DNA of 37,709 bases from an uncultured bacterium (lineage in GTDB: Bacteria; Zixibacteria; MSB-5A5; GN15; FEB-12), in assembly GCA_965372795.1 (NCBI GenBank), contig CBDVDR010000025.1, positions 1 through 37,709 of the forward strand, in the 5' to 3' direction. Below, piece by piece: positions 19,708 to 28,871 of this stretch (position 1 is the stretch's first letter; the number at the start of each line of letters is the position of its first letter). The position numbers and the translations under genes were made by a program. Below the pieces are notes generated by a model, which worked only from the letters and a program-made list of their open reading frames with translations, searched no databases and had not been told where the DNA came from.

Positions 19708-20843
19708 TAGTTCTCCACGAACCTCGCAATAATAAACATTACTAAGCCAACCACGGCTCCGCCTATTTGAAGCGGAACGGCGTATTTCATTTCTTTTTTA
19801 ACCCCTGATAAGGAGGTATAAGTTGATGAACCGGTAAAATTCATTCCCAGAAAACTTGAGATAACTGTCATAATCAAAATCATTGCTGCCAGAAAAAAAT
19901 TTTCACTCAAATTGATCGGTGGAAAAATCAACAATGCTGATAAAATTGCAACTGATGCTCCTAATATGGCACCCTTTAAGGCAAAGGCACGACCGATTAT
20001 TATCGGCAGAAAAATCGGAACCAAGGTTGTACCGGTAAAATAGGCGATGAAAAACAGGATTAAACTCGGCAGCCCGACCGATAACAATCTTTCTAATGAA
20101 AATATATCAGACCCTAAACCAGACAGGGTTAACAATATCACAATCGCCCAGAAAGCATATTTTAAATTGGTCATAATTTCAACCGGTACAAGAACAAGCC
20201 TGTCCCATAAAGGGAATTTAACCAGTCGCATCTCCGGGGTAGCTTTTCGGTTATTTTCAAGATATTCCGGGATATCTACAGAACGAACCGGACCATAGTG
20301 TACCGCAAAACCGGATTCACTTTTAACTATATGAGCGGCAACTCCAACCGCGCCAAGTTGCGGCACGATTAGTTTTCGATGAGATACAATTTCACTAAGA
20401 TTTGTAATTTTTATCTGTCTGACTATCTCGCCGGTTCCAAAAGTTCCTTTGCCTGCTGCACACCAGACATTAATCCCTTTGGTATCAAGAACCAATATCC
20501 AGCCATCTAAATTTTTCAAATTTGAACGCAGCCGATCAAAACTCATTTTATAATTAGCCGTCACAAAAACCGGTGAATTATCATTTGGATTTCCAATAGC
20601 ATACAAACCGGGTGGCACAATAAAAACCATCCGGCTAATATTCCAGCGTGCTTTCCAGGAACCCAGTCGGTCTTTCCATGAAATTTCAGAGGTAGTTTTC
20701 GGGATATTTCCAATATCCGTTTTGACAGAACCAACAATCCAATGAGCATCTTCAAGATTAATAGATGGTTTTACCATATCCAAAGTAGAAGCACAACAAT
20801 CACTTGATTGATTATTATTTTCTCTATTCATATTTTCAGACAT
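19707..20843 (-). CDS. hgcA: Mercury methylation corrinoid protein HgcA
   Basis: VPPGLY, VTANYKMSFD, cap helix NVWCAAGKGTFG (NVWCAAGK at 20448-20471), PQLGA.GV, YGPVR, C-terminal TM helices, MNFTGSSTYTSLSGVKKEM. Start ATG 20843 follows GGAG. Confidence 0.97.
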   Translation of the reverse strand: MSENMNRENNNQSSDCCASTLDMVKPSINLEDAHWIVGSVKTDIGNIPKTTSEISWKDRLGSWKARWNISRMVFIVPPGLYAIGNPNDNSPVFVTANYKMSFDRLRSNLKNLDGWILVLDTKGINVWCAAGKGTFGTGEIVRQIKITNLSEIVSHRKLIVPQLGAVGVAAHIVKSESGFAVHYGPVRSVDIPEYLENNRKATPEMRLVKFPLWDRLVLVPVEIMTNLKYAFWAIVILLTLSGLGSDIFSLERLLSVGLPSLILFFIAYFTGTTLVPIFLPIIIGRAFALKGAILGASVAILSALLIFPPINLSENFFLAAMILIMTVISSFLGMNFTGSSTYTSLSGVKKEMKYAVPLQIGGAVVGLVMFIIARFVEN

Positions 20844-21043
20844 TTTCAATTTCTCCAACCATCTTAAGAAGATAATCATTAAAACTAAAACATATAACAA
20901 ATATAAAAATTACGTTTTGTCTTTGTCATGGTTCTTTCACCTTGACAGTTATTCAAAAAACTGTATTTTGATTAAAAGGTCCTTATTACAGCTTAAATAC
21001 TTACATAAAAAGCATTTGAAAAACATTTCAGGTCGGAGCAAAC

Positions 21044-22294
21044 ATGATTACAACAAAGAATCGTTCATTTTGTCTCACCTCTCTACTTTTAACCATTTTT
21101 CTATTATTCGGATTTTCTGCATTTGCAGGAGTAACAATTTCTACCTCCGGTCCCGGGGGAACATCTGGAGATTCGGTTTATGCCAACCAGAACATCAATT
21201 TCAACATAGTCTTCCAGAATGACCAACCGGTTGATATAAAGGGCTTTACAAACGGCTTCAAACTATACTCGCCCGAATCAGCTACTTGGGCAATTCCTGT
21301 GGGAACACCTGACCTCGATTTGATTAATCTTTTTGATTTTGGCACCTATGTAAATGGATACAGCCTTGATGGAGTTGGAACTGATACGCTTGGGTTTGGT
21401 GGCTTAGCAATTTATGGCAATGGAATGACAGTTGGATATAATGATATTATCGGTTCGATTTCAACCAGTTTTGAAAATAGTCAAATTGGCAAAACAATTT
21501 GTATCGACACATGTTTTTTTCCACCTTCCGGTTATTGGGTATGGTCTGATCAATCAGGTTTAACCAATTACACTCCCTCATGGGGAGGACCATACTGCTA
21601 TACTATAGTCGAGTCTATAGAACCGACTGATTCACTTTTTTTCTCTTCGGTTGAAGCCGGTGCTCTTTGTGATAATGAAAATGCTAATTTAACAGTTTCA
21701 ATAAAAGCAACTAATCCAATTAAAAGAGTTATAATTCCTATTGAAATTCCTGAAGATATGACAAATGACAACTTCATTAGCATTTCCACATTCGGTAAAA
21801 TTACATTTGGGTGGAGTTTCAATCCAATATTTAATCAGGGAACAAATTCATTAATTATTGAGTTATACAATACTTCTTCAGCTACCATCCCCGCTGGTGA
21901 AAATGAAATACTTGATATTCGTTTCCATGGCGACCCTAAGTGTAACACCGATTGGATTTTTAGTTGGGATACGACTCTTTATAATGATCCGACAAGCTAC
22001 CTGCATTTTATTGATGAAAATGATAATGTGGTAAGACCCGGATTTGATCCGTCATTAAATAGTACATCAATAGATGGTTATATACCCGGCGATGCAAACG
22101 GAGATGAAGATGTTGGGATTTCTGATCTAACAGCTATTGTTGACTATTTGTTTTTCCAGGATGTGATATGCTATGAAAATCCGGTTGATATAAATCAGGA
22201 TTGTGAGCTTGGTATTTCTGATCTTACATATATCGTAGATTTCCTATTTGTTCAAGGACCAGCACCACGATGTGGTTGTGCCAGTTCTAAATAA
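21044..22294 (+). CDS. Secreted protein with beta-sandwich domains and C-terminal dockerin-like module
   Basis: Signal peptide ending AFA-G; C-terminal PGDANGDEDVGISDLTAIVDYLF...DINQDCELGISDLTYIVDFLFVQGPAPRCGC. Confidence 0.8.
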   Translation: MITTKNRSFCLTSLLLTIFLLFGFSAFAGVTISTSGPGGTSGDSVYANQNINFNIVFQNDQPVDIKGFTNGFKLYSPESATWAIPVGTPDLDLINLFDFGTYVNGYSLDGVGTDTLGFGGLAIYGNGMTVGYNDIIGSISTSFENSQIGKTICIDTCFFPPSGYWVWSDQSGLTNYTPSWGGPYCYTIVESIEPTDSLFFSSVEAGALCDNENANLTVSIKATNPIKRVIIPIEIPEDMTNDNFISISTFGKITFGWSFNPIFNQGTNSLIIELYNTSSATIPAGENEILDIRFHGDPKCNTDWIFSWDTTLYNDPTSYLHFIDENDNVVRPGFDPSLNSTSIDGYIPGDANGDEDVGISDLTAIVDYLFFQDVICYENPVDINQDCELGISDLTYIVDFLFVQGPAPRCGCASSK

Positions 22295-22320
22295 GAATAG
22301 ATTATATATTTGAAATTATT

Positions 22321-22351
22321 AAAGACCGTTTTTTTAGAACGGTCTTTTTTT
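22321..22351. terminator. Intrinsic terminator between convergent genes
   Basis: AAAGACCGTT...AACGGTCTTTTTTT. Confidence 0.85.
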
Positions 22352-22360
22352 ATACGGATT

Positions 22361-23713
22361 TTAAAATTCAGTTTTACCTGAAAAATTAAATTTCTTGATC
22401 TGTAAAGTCGGAACAGTAGTACAGCCGATTGCCGACCACCATGATGCTATCCGTTCACGTTCTTTCGAAACAGCCTTGGTAGTTTTCCAGGCTTTCATGA
22501 TTGAGTCAGTGAAACGCAGGTTTTTAATTCCGCTGCTGATTTCACCATTCTCGATTAAAAAAGTGCCATCACGAGTCATGCCGGTTAGAACCGAATTGCG
22601 GGTATCTATGAAACCATTGATATAATGGAACCTGGTTACAAGGATTCCTTTTTTGACTGATTTAATCATCTTCACTTTTGATGATTTCCCCGGAGCCATC
22701 TGAACATTTAAGCCTATTGCGCCTTCATTGGTACTATCGGGCATAATAGCATGACCGGTTGTTTTTGTTTTAGCTTTTACAGCTGAGATCCTGTCATAGA
22801 CAACACCTTTTGCGATGCCTTTATCAATAAAAGACACCCGCTTTTTAGGGACGCCTTCAAAGTCGAACGGGAAAGCAATTGTTTTGGAGTCTAATCCATT
22901 GTCGTAAATAGAAATTAATTCTGATGTAACTTTTTTGCCTACTTTACCGGAAAGGAACGACAGCTTTTGTTCAAAAGATTTTGAACCCAGTCCGATGTAA
23001 TTAAGCCATTCAAGAATTTCTGCAACGGCTGATGGTTCCAAAATTACCTCATAGACACCCGGATCAATCTGAATCGGGTTTTGAGATTTATCACATTTAT
23101 CGACTGCTCGTTTAGCAAGCAAATCAAAATCTATATCAGTTATATTGCGCGAGGTGTCAGCAGCATACCCGGATGAATTATCAGACATCATAATCATATT
23201 GACTGAGGCAGAACTCATCGGTTGATAGGCGCGCATCCCATTTGTATTTATAACAGCAAATTCCCCTGAAACGGTTGAAAGCGATCCGGCAACATCAAAA
23301 TTCTTTTTCGAAGCTTCCCCGATAATCCCCTTGACGATCTTTGCCCTTTGATGAGGAGAATAATTTGCCGTCCGTTCATTAAAAGTATCAATACTTTTAA
23401 TTTTACCCGGTTTTGCAAGACCAGGGAATTCCGGATTTTCCTGCTGCTGTTTAGCGATATCGATTGAATTTTCCAAAGCAATTTTCAAATCGTTCAATTC
23501 GAGTGAATTGGTACAAGATACGCCGACTTTTTTACCAAGAACGGTTCTGAAATAAACCTGACAGTTGCTTTCATATACATTCTGATGAATTATGGAATTT
23601 GCATATCTTGTCAAACCGGTTTTATTGCCGATATAAAGAATTTCGGTTTCACTTGCCGGAGATTTTGCCAGCACTTTATCTAAACGGTTCAGTAGTTTTT
23701 CTTTTCCAATCAT
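22361..23713 (-). CDS. pmbA: TldE/PmbA family protein
   Basis: ATGA overlap with tldD; TRYANSIIHQN, PFDFEGVP, TGHA, TGMTRDGTFLIENG, NLRFTDS. Confidence 0.85.
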   Translation of the reverse strand: MIGKEKLLNRLDKVLAKSPASETEILYIGNKTGLTRYANSIIHQNVYESNCQVYFRTVLGKKVGVSCTNSLELNDLKIALENSIDIAKQQQENPEFPGLAKPGKIKSIDTFNERTANYSPHQRAKIVKGIIGEASKKNFDVAGSLSTVSGEFAVINTNGMRAYQPMSSASVNMIMMSDNSSGYAADTSRNITDIDFDLLAKRAVDKCDKSQNPIQIDPGVYEVILEPSAVAEILEWLNYIGLGSKSFEQKLSFLSGKVGKKVTSELISIYDNGLDSKTIAFPFDFEGVPKKRVSFIDKGIAKGVVYDRISAVKAKTKTTGHAIMPDSTNEGAIGLNVQMAPGKSSKVKMIKSVKKGILVTRFHYINGFIDTRNSVLTGMTRDGTFLIENGEISSGIKNLRFTDSIMKAWKTTKAVSKERERIASWWSAIGCTTVPTLQIKKFNFSGKTEF

Positions 23714-25152
23714 TTTATCACTCCCACTTTTACATTTCTGAATCTTGCCGGAGCAACGCCGTGGGCAACATGAGCGGTTTGCATCGGTTCTCCTTTTCCG
23801 CAATTCGGAACACCCCAAATATGCCAGTGCTTTTTATTACAAATTGCATCACATGAATTCCAAAACTCAGGAGTGATACCGGTAAACAGCGCATTTTTAT
23901 ACATCTTGCCCAATTTACCATTTTTAATCTCCCAGGCAGCCTGTACCCCGAACTGGAAATTCAAACGCTTGTCATCAATTGACCAACTTTTATTGATATC
24001 AAAGAAAATTCCCTTCTTTGTATCAGCGATTAAATTCTCAAGTTCCCATGTCCCCGGCTCAAGATTAATATTTGTCATTCTGATTAATGGCAGGCGGTTC
24101 CATCCATCAGCACGCATCGTACCGTTAGATCGTTTGTTTATAATCGGCGCTGTTTCACGACTTGAGAGGTAATCAACAAATTTACCTTTTTTGATAATTG
24201 GTGTGCGTTGAGCTTTCACACCTTCGTCATCGTATCCAAAAGAACCGAGTCCGCCCGCAAGAGTAGCATCGGCAGTGATGTTTACTATCTTTGAGCCGTA
24301 TTGAAGTTTATTTAACTTATCAATCGTCATGAATGATCCGCCGGCAAGGGAAATTTCTGTTCCAAGGACCCGGTCAAGTTCTATCGGATGCCCGCATGAT
24401 TCATGAACGAGCAGAGCCATTTGAGGACCGTTGATTATAATTGTCGTATTCTCATCCGGACAAGGAGATGCTTTTAAAAGTGCAATAGCTTCCTCGCGAA
24501 CTCTTTCGGCATTACCGATAAGATTCATTTTCTCGACATATTCATATCCGGAGGTGCCAAAATCTCCACCAAATGAATTTGGGTAAGATCGTTTTTGAGC
24601 CTCTTTCCCGTCAAAAGCAATAGCGTTGCACCCGCCGCCGGATTCAATAATATCCTGCTCGATCATACTACCCTCGGTCGAGTAAAATATCTTTTTGGTT
24701 TTAAAGAAATTCATCGAGGCTTCAGCGTTTTTAATTTTCTTTGAGTTTTTAATTATATCACAGGTTTTGACAAGCAACTCAATTTTTTCATCAGCACTAA
24801 CCTCAAACGGATCTTTTTTATAAGCGGTTTTAAAATGGTCCTTGTAAATTTCCTGATCAGCAATTTTTACCGGCTCTTTTATAGTAGTTGCCGAAGCTTT
24901 TGCAATTTGAATTGCCAGATTTGCTGTTTTTTTCAGATCACCTGCCTTTAGGGATGACGTAGAGGCAAATCCCCAGGCACCATTAGCGATTACTCTTATG
25001 CCAACTCCGACATCCGTAATTCGTGACATCGAATCTACTTTGCTGTCAGTCACAGAGATCGATTCTTTTTCGCCCCGTACAAAACGGCAATCAGCATAAT
25101 CGACTTTTTTTGATTTTAAGTATGATATTAACTCGGAGAGTTTGTCTTGCAT
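23710..25152 (-). CDS. tldD: TldD metalloprotease
   Basis: GVGIRV, HESCGHPIELDR (HExxxH), YDDEG, RMTNINL, NCGKGEP. Confidence 0.92.
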   Translation of the reverse strand: MQDKLSELISYLKSKKVDYADCRFVRGEKESISVTDSKVDSMSRITDVGVGIRVIANGAWGFASTSSLKAGDLKKTANLAIQIAKASATTIKEPVKIADQEIYKDHFKTAYKKDPFEVSADEKIELLVKTCDIIKNSKKIKNAEASMNFFKTKKIFYSTEGSMIEQDIIESGGGCNAIAFDGKEAQKRSYPNSFGGDFGTSGYEYVEKMNLIGNAERVREEAIALLKASPCPDENTTIIINGPQMALLVHESCGHPIELDRVLGTEISLAGGSFMTIDKLNKLQYGSKIVNITADATLAGGLGSFGYDDEGVKAQRTPIIKKGKFVDYLSSRETAPIINKRSNGTMRADGWNRLPLIRMTNINLEPGTWELENLIADTKKGIFFDINKSWSIDDKRLNFQFGVQAAWEIKNGKLGKMYKNALFTGITPEFWNSCDAICNKKHWHIWGVPNCGKGEPMQTAHVAHGVAPARFRNVKVGVIK

Positions 25153-25245
25153 ATTATCTCCTTCTGAGATTATTATTTATCCGAATAATTTATTATACAA
25201 ATGCGATGAAAGCAAGAAGCATCAGATTAAAAGATGACTGTTTTA

Positions 25246-26115
25246 TCAATAAAATTCTTTTTTAACAGCAGCAATAAATTCGGGAGTTGTGCCACAACAT
25301 CCCCCAACAATATTCACTTTTTCAGTTATCAATTGTTTTACTGTTTGAACAAAATTTTCAAATGATAAAGGGTAGTCCTGTTTATCATTATTATTTTTGG
25401 GGTTACCGGTATTCGGGCTGATTGAGATCGGCAATTTTGTTAAAGATCGAATAATTTTTGCAATTTCTATCATCTCTTGAGACGAATTACCACAATTTGA
25501 TCCGATTATATCGGCACCATTTGCCTCCAGATTTGCAATAGCCTCAGAAATAGAGACTTGATCAAAAGTCCAAAATTCATCATTGATTTTTCGAAAACAG
25601 ACCGAAACTGAGACAGGCACTGATGGCAATATAGATTTAGCTGATTGTAAGGCAATCTTTGCTTCTGTTAAAGAGGTCATGGTTTCTATCGAGATAAGAT
25701 CAACATTCATATTATTTACTGACTCAAATTGGCAAACGTAGTTACGTTCTATTTCACTACTATTATTTGGCTCAGAAGACAATCCTGTCGGTCCAACAGA
25801 CAGGGCAACGAGTCTCTTGTTTTTGCAAATTTCATTAGTTATTGCAACCGCAGCCTGATTGATTTCAGTTATTTTGTTTTCAAATCCAAATTGTTTTAAT
25901 CTTGAAGGATTGGCGCCAAAGGTATTCGTATGAATAATATCTGCACCGGCATCCAGGTAAGCGCGGGATATTTTCTTGATAAGATCACTATTTGATAAAT
26001 TTAATTCCTCAAAACATTGATTATACCCAAATCCTTCTGAAAATATCATCGTTCCCATTGCCCCGTCAGCAAGGAGAGTATTATTGTTCAATAATTTTTC
26101 CATTAATTTATTCAA
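25246..26115 (-). CDS. Stand-alone homocysteine S-methyltransferase domain protein (MetH N-terminal-like)
   Basis: DGAMGT, YLDAGADIIHTNTFGA, IETM, GSNCG and GGCCGTTPE zinc ligands. The start may be ATG 26103. Confidence 0.9.
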   Translation of the reverse strand: MNKLMEKLLNNNTLLADGAMGTMIFSEGFGYNQCFEELNLSNSDLIKKISRAYLDAGADIIHTNTFGANPSRLKQFGFENKITEINQAAVAITNEICKNKRLVALSVGPTGLSSEPNNSSEIERNYVCQFESVNNMNVDLISIETMTSLTEAKIALQSAKSILPSVPVSVSVCFRKINDEFWTFDQVSISEAIANLEANGADIIGSNCGNSSQEMIEIAKIIRSLTKLPISISPNTGNPKNNNDKQDYPLSFENFVQTVKQLITEKVNIVGGCCGTTPEFIAAVKKEFY

Positions 26116-26421
26116 TTAATATTTTCCAATCATAATTTGCTTTCCAATCATAATTTTGACTGAACAAATAAGACAAGTTTAGATAGTTTTAAAATACGCA
26201 TTAATATAGAATAATTCATAATTTTTGGAAATAATTATAATAAATTTTTTAAAGATGCATCCTCTACCGCCAAACGGACTTGCTTCGTAACTTCGTATTG
26301 TACAGCGACTTACGAAGCATTTCTAAATTTAGCTGCCATAATAAATGGGTCAAATATTAACTTTTGTTATAGAATGTTGTTAATACTTGACATTTTGAAG
26401 CTTCAGGATATCTATAACACT

Positions 26422-28239
26422 ATGAAAACAAAAGAATTGAAAAAATTGCATCAATTCCATATCCCCGTAATGGGATCCGGCTTCACAATCGACACTCCGT
26501 TGAAAGTTGCTAAGTATGGTATATCTTCAGTCATCTCACTTGTTGATGATGTGCTTATAGAACAGATGCGAAAATATCATTGCGAAAAGCATGAGTTAGA
26601 ATATATCGAAATTACCGAACTTGAAGATGATGCAAGAGCAAAACGAATTACTGCCTATTTGGAACTTATTGATAAGCTCGTTAATATCCAATTTGAAGCC
26701 CTTCAAAAGTCACCCTTTGAGCCTGATTCTGAAATTACAAAGTATTTTGAGCTGCTGCCTGACACACCGATCAAAAATGACTACAACGAAATGCTTGCAA
26801 CTACTGATTCAGATAAAAAACTTGAACTTCAAGAAAATCTTCGAAACTATATAATTCCGGGAAGCATCGATGTAAACATCATGACCAAACTTGATCGTGA
26901 TCGATACAGTCGCGGTGAAAAACTTCCTATGGAATCAGCTGATGCTCTCTCTGCTTTACGCGGATTTGCAAAAAGTAAATTTCAATCTTCAATAGTTTTT
27001 TCAGCAGGCATGAATCGCAGGCTTTATGGATATTTATCGAAATTCACCGAATTCTTCCCTGATGAAAAAGGCGAACTTAAGAAGAAAATAATTCTTAAGG
27101 TCTCAGATTTTCGTTCAGCTATGGTTCAGAGTAAATTCCTTGCCAAAAAAGGATTATGGGTTTCTGAATATCGAATCGAATCCGGTTTAAATTGTGGCGG
27201 CCACGCTTTTGCGACCGATGGATTTTTACTCGGCGTGATTTTAGATGAATTCAAACAAAAAAAAGATGAATTGGTTGAACAACTTCATTTAATCTATAAC
27301 AAAGCCCTTGCCGCTATAAATCGAACACCGCTTGAAAAACCTCATCTCACTCGCTTGACTATTCAAGGAGGTATCGGAACTGCAGAAGAAAACAGATTTC
27401 TAATGGAAAATTACAATGTTGATGGCACCGGCTGGGGTACGCCGTTTTTGCTTGTTCCTGAAGTTACCAATATTGATGATGAGCATTTGACAAAATTGAC
27501 TGATGCTACTGACAAAGATGTCTACCTGAGCAATTCATCTCCCCTTGGCATCCCGTTTTGGAATCTAAGAACTTCCGCAAGTGAAGCTATTAGAAGAAGA
27601 AGAATTGAAGCCGATAAGCCAGGCAGTGAATGCCCCAAGGGATTTCTTGTTTCAAATACCGAGTTTACAAAAGTTCCTATTTGTCGTGCTTCCAGAATTT
27701 ACCAGAAAAAGAAATTACGCCAATTTGCCCAATCCGAAAATATAAATGAAAAATCAGTAGCATTTACTGAAATGGTAACCGATAAATCATGCATCTGTCA
27801 TGATTTGGGCGGTGTCGCTACATTAAAACTGGGCATTAACTCAAAGGCAACGCCTTCAGTTTGTTGTGGTCCTAATATTGTTAATTTTAATAAAGTTGTC
27901 AGTTTGAAAGAAATGGTCGGACATATTTACGGTCAGATATCACTTATTTCTAATTCAGACCGCCCTCATTTATTTATCAAAGAACTTATTCTTTACATTG
28001 AATATATTATCACCGAAATTAAAAGAGTTGCCGATGGGTTGGTAGAACGAACTTCAAAATACTTTATTGATTTTAAACATAATCTTGTATCGGGGATCAA
28101 TTACTACCGCAAAATTGCTGAGAAAATCAATGCTGATCAAAGAGAAAAATTCGTTGAAAATCTTGATACTCTTTTAAAGAAAATCGAAGAAATACTTCCT
28201 GAATCAACTTATTCCACAAAAGTTGGCAGTGTTTCATAA
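26422..28239 (+). CDS. Conserved hypothetical protein, distant nitronate monooxygenase/FabK-like flavoprotein with Cys-rich region
   Basis: ESGLNCGGHAF, QGGIGT and GTGWGTPFL resemble FMN TIM-barrel motifs; CPKG, PICRAS, SCICH, VCCGPN. The function is inferred. Confidence 0.55.
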   Translation: MKTKELKKLHQFHIPVMGSGFTIDTPLKVAKYGISSVISLVDDVLIEQMRKYHCEKHELEYIEITELEDDARAKRITAYLELIDKLVNIQFEALQKSPFEPDSEITKYFELLPDTPIKNDYNEMLATTDSDKKLELQENLRNYIIPGSIDVNIMTKLDRDRYSRGEKLPMESADALSALRGFAKSKFQSSIVFSAGMNRRLYGYLSKFTEFFPDEKGELKKKIILKVSDFRSAMVQSKFLAKKGLWVSEYRIESGLNCGGHAFATDGFLLGVILDEFKQKKDELVEQLHLIYNKALAAINRTPLEKPHLTRLTIQGGIGTAEENRFLMENYNVDGTGWGTPFLLVPEVTNIDDEHLTKLTDATDKDVYLSNSSPLGIPFWNLRTSASEAIRRRRIEADKPGSECPKGFLVSNTEFTKVPICRASRIYQKKKLRQFAQSENINEKSVAFTEMVTDKSCICHDLGGVATLKLGINSKATPSVCCGPNIVNFNKVVSLKEMVGHIYGQISLISNSDRPHLFIKELILYIEYIITEIKRVADGLVERTSKYFIDFKHNLVSGINYYRKIAEKINADQREKFVENLDTLLKKIEEILPESTYSTKVGSVS

Positions 28240-28306
28240 CTGCTAAACTATTTCTTCATTTATTGAGAATTAAATTTTCTCAATAAACGTTGATGATGAA
28301 AATAAT

Positions 28307-28346
28307 AAAACCCGGCAATGAGAGCACTTTCATTACCGGGTTTTTT
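28307..28346. terminator. Probably bidirectional intrinsic terminator
   Basis: AAAACCCGGcAATGA...TCATTaCCGGGTTTTTT. Confidence 0.8.
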
Positions 28347-28730
28347 CAATCTCGCGAGAGATTGAATTCCCTAAAAAAGGGAAAACAATTCTAAAAAATC
28401 ATCAATATTAAAATCTCTTTTAAGACTTTAATATTTTGCTCCAGACAGTTACGGAATATGTCGCTGTCTTTTACTTTTTTGAAAAATCATGAATTATTTT
28501 TTTCACTCCAATTTGGAGTAAAAAATGACAACTCATTAATTTCTCCTGCAACAAGTAAGTGCTGGTATTTATTGGGCATCCCTAATATTATTTCCAGCCG
28601 TTCACTTTTACACTTCGTTGTCACCCTCTGACCCACAATGTTGTTAACATTGAAATTGAAACGCACCACACTGGGCAGCTGAAGTCTTCCCTCCTATAAT
28701 AATATTTTTAGGCCTTTGATGAGTTTATAT

Positions 28731-28747
28731 TGCAACAATGATGCCAA
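28731..28747 (-). promoter_or_regulatory. Sigma54 (-24/-12) promoter
   Basis: Minus strand TTGGCAT-cattg-TTGCA matches TGGCAC-N5-TTGC; about 125 nt downstream of a sigma54 activator gene. Confidence 0.75.
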
Positions 28748-28871
28748 ACTATGCGATTATTATCGCATTCATATGTCATTATGTACGAGGGTGTTAGGTC
28801 ACGTAGTAGATTGATTAAAATTTCAGGCAGGTTTTTTAAACCAATTAAAACGGTAAAAGGGGGGTGTATTA

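Noticed and set aside
19707..20843. CdhE/AcsC of the Wood-Ljungdahl pathway
   Set aside because: It has C-terminal TM helices, lacks the TIM barrel and is followed by an HgcB-type ferredoxin, so it is HgcA.
19405..20900. Selenocysteine recoding in hgcA or hgcB
   Set aside because: No in-frame TGA; the Cys-Cys motifs use Cys codons and the stops are TAA.
20844..20900. Longer N-termini in the ORF track (hgcA from 20900; also starts at 1193, 5493, 17492, 23818, 26374, 35018)
   Set aside because: Downstream ATGs generally fit better, by RBS, stop-start coupling or where the recognisable protein begins.
22361..25152. TldD/PmbA as part of a RiPP cluster with the ABC exporter
   Set aside because: No YcaO, precursor peptide or modification enzyme is adjacent. 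TldD/E is commonly a housekeeping pair.
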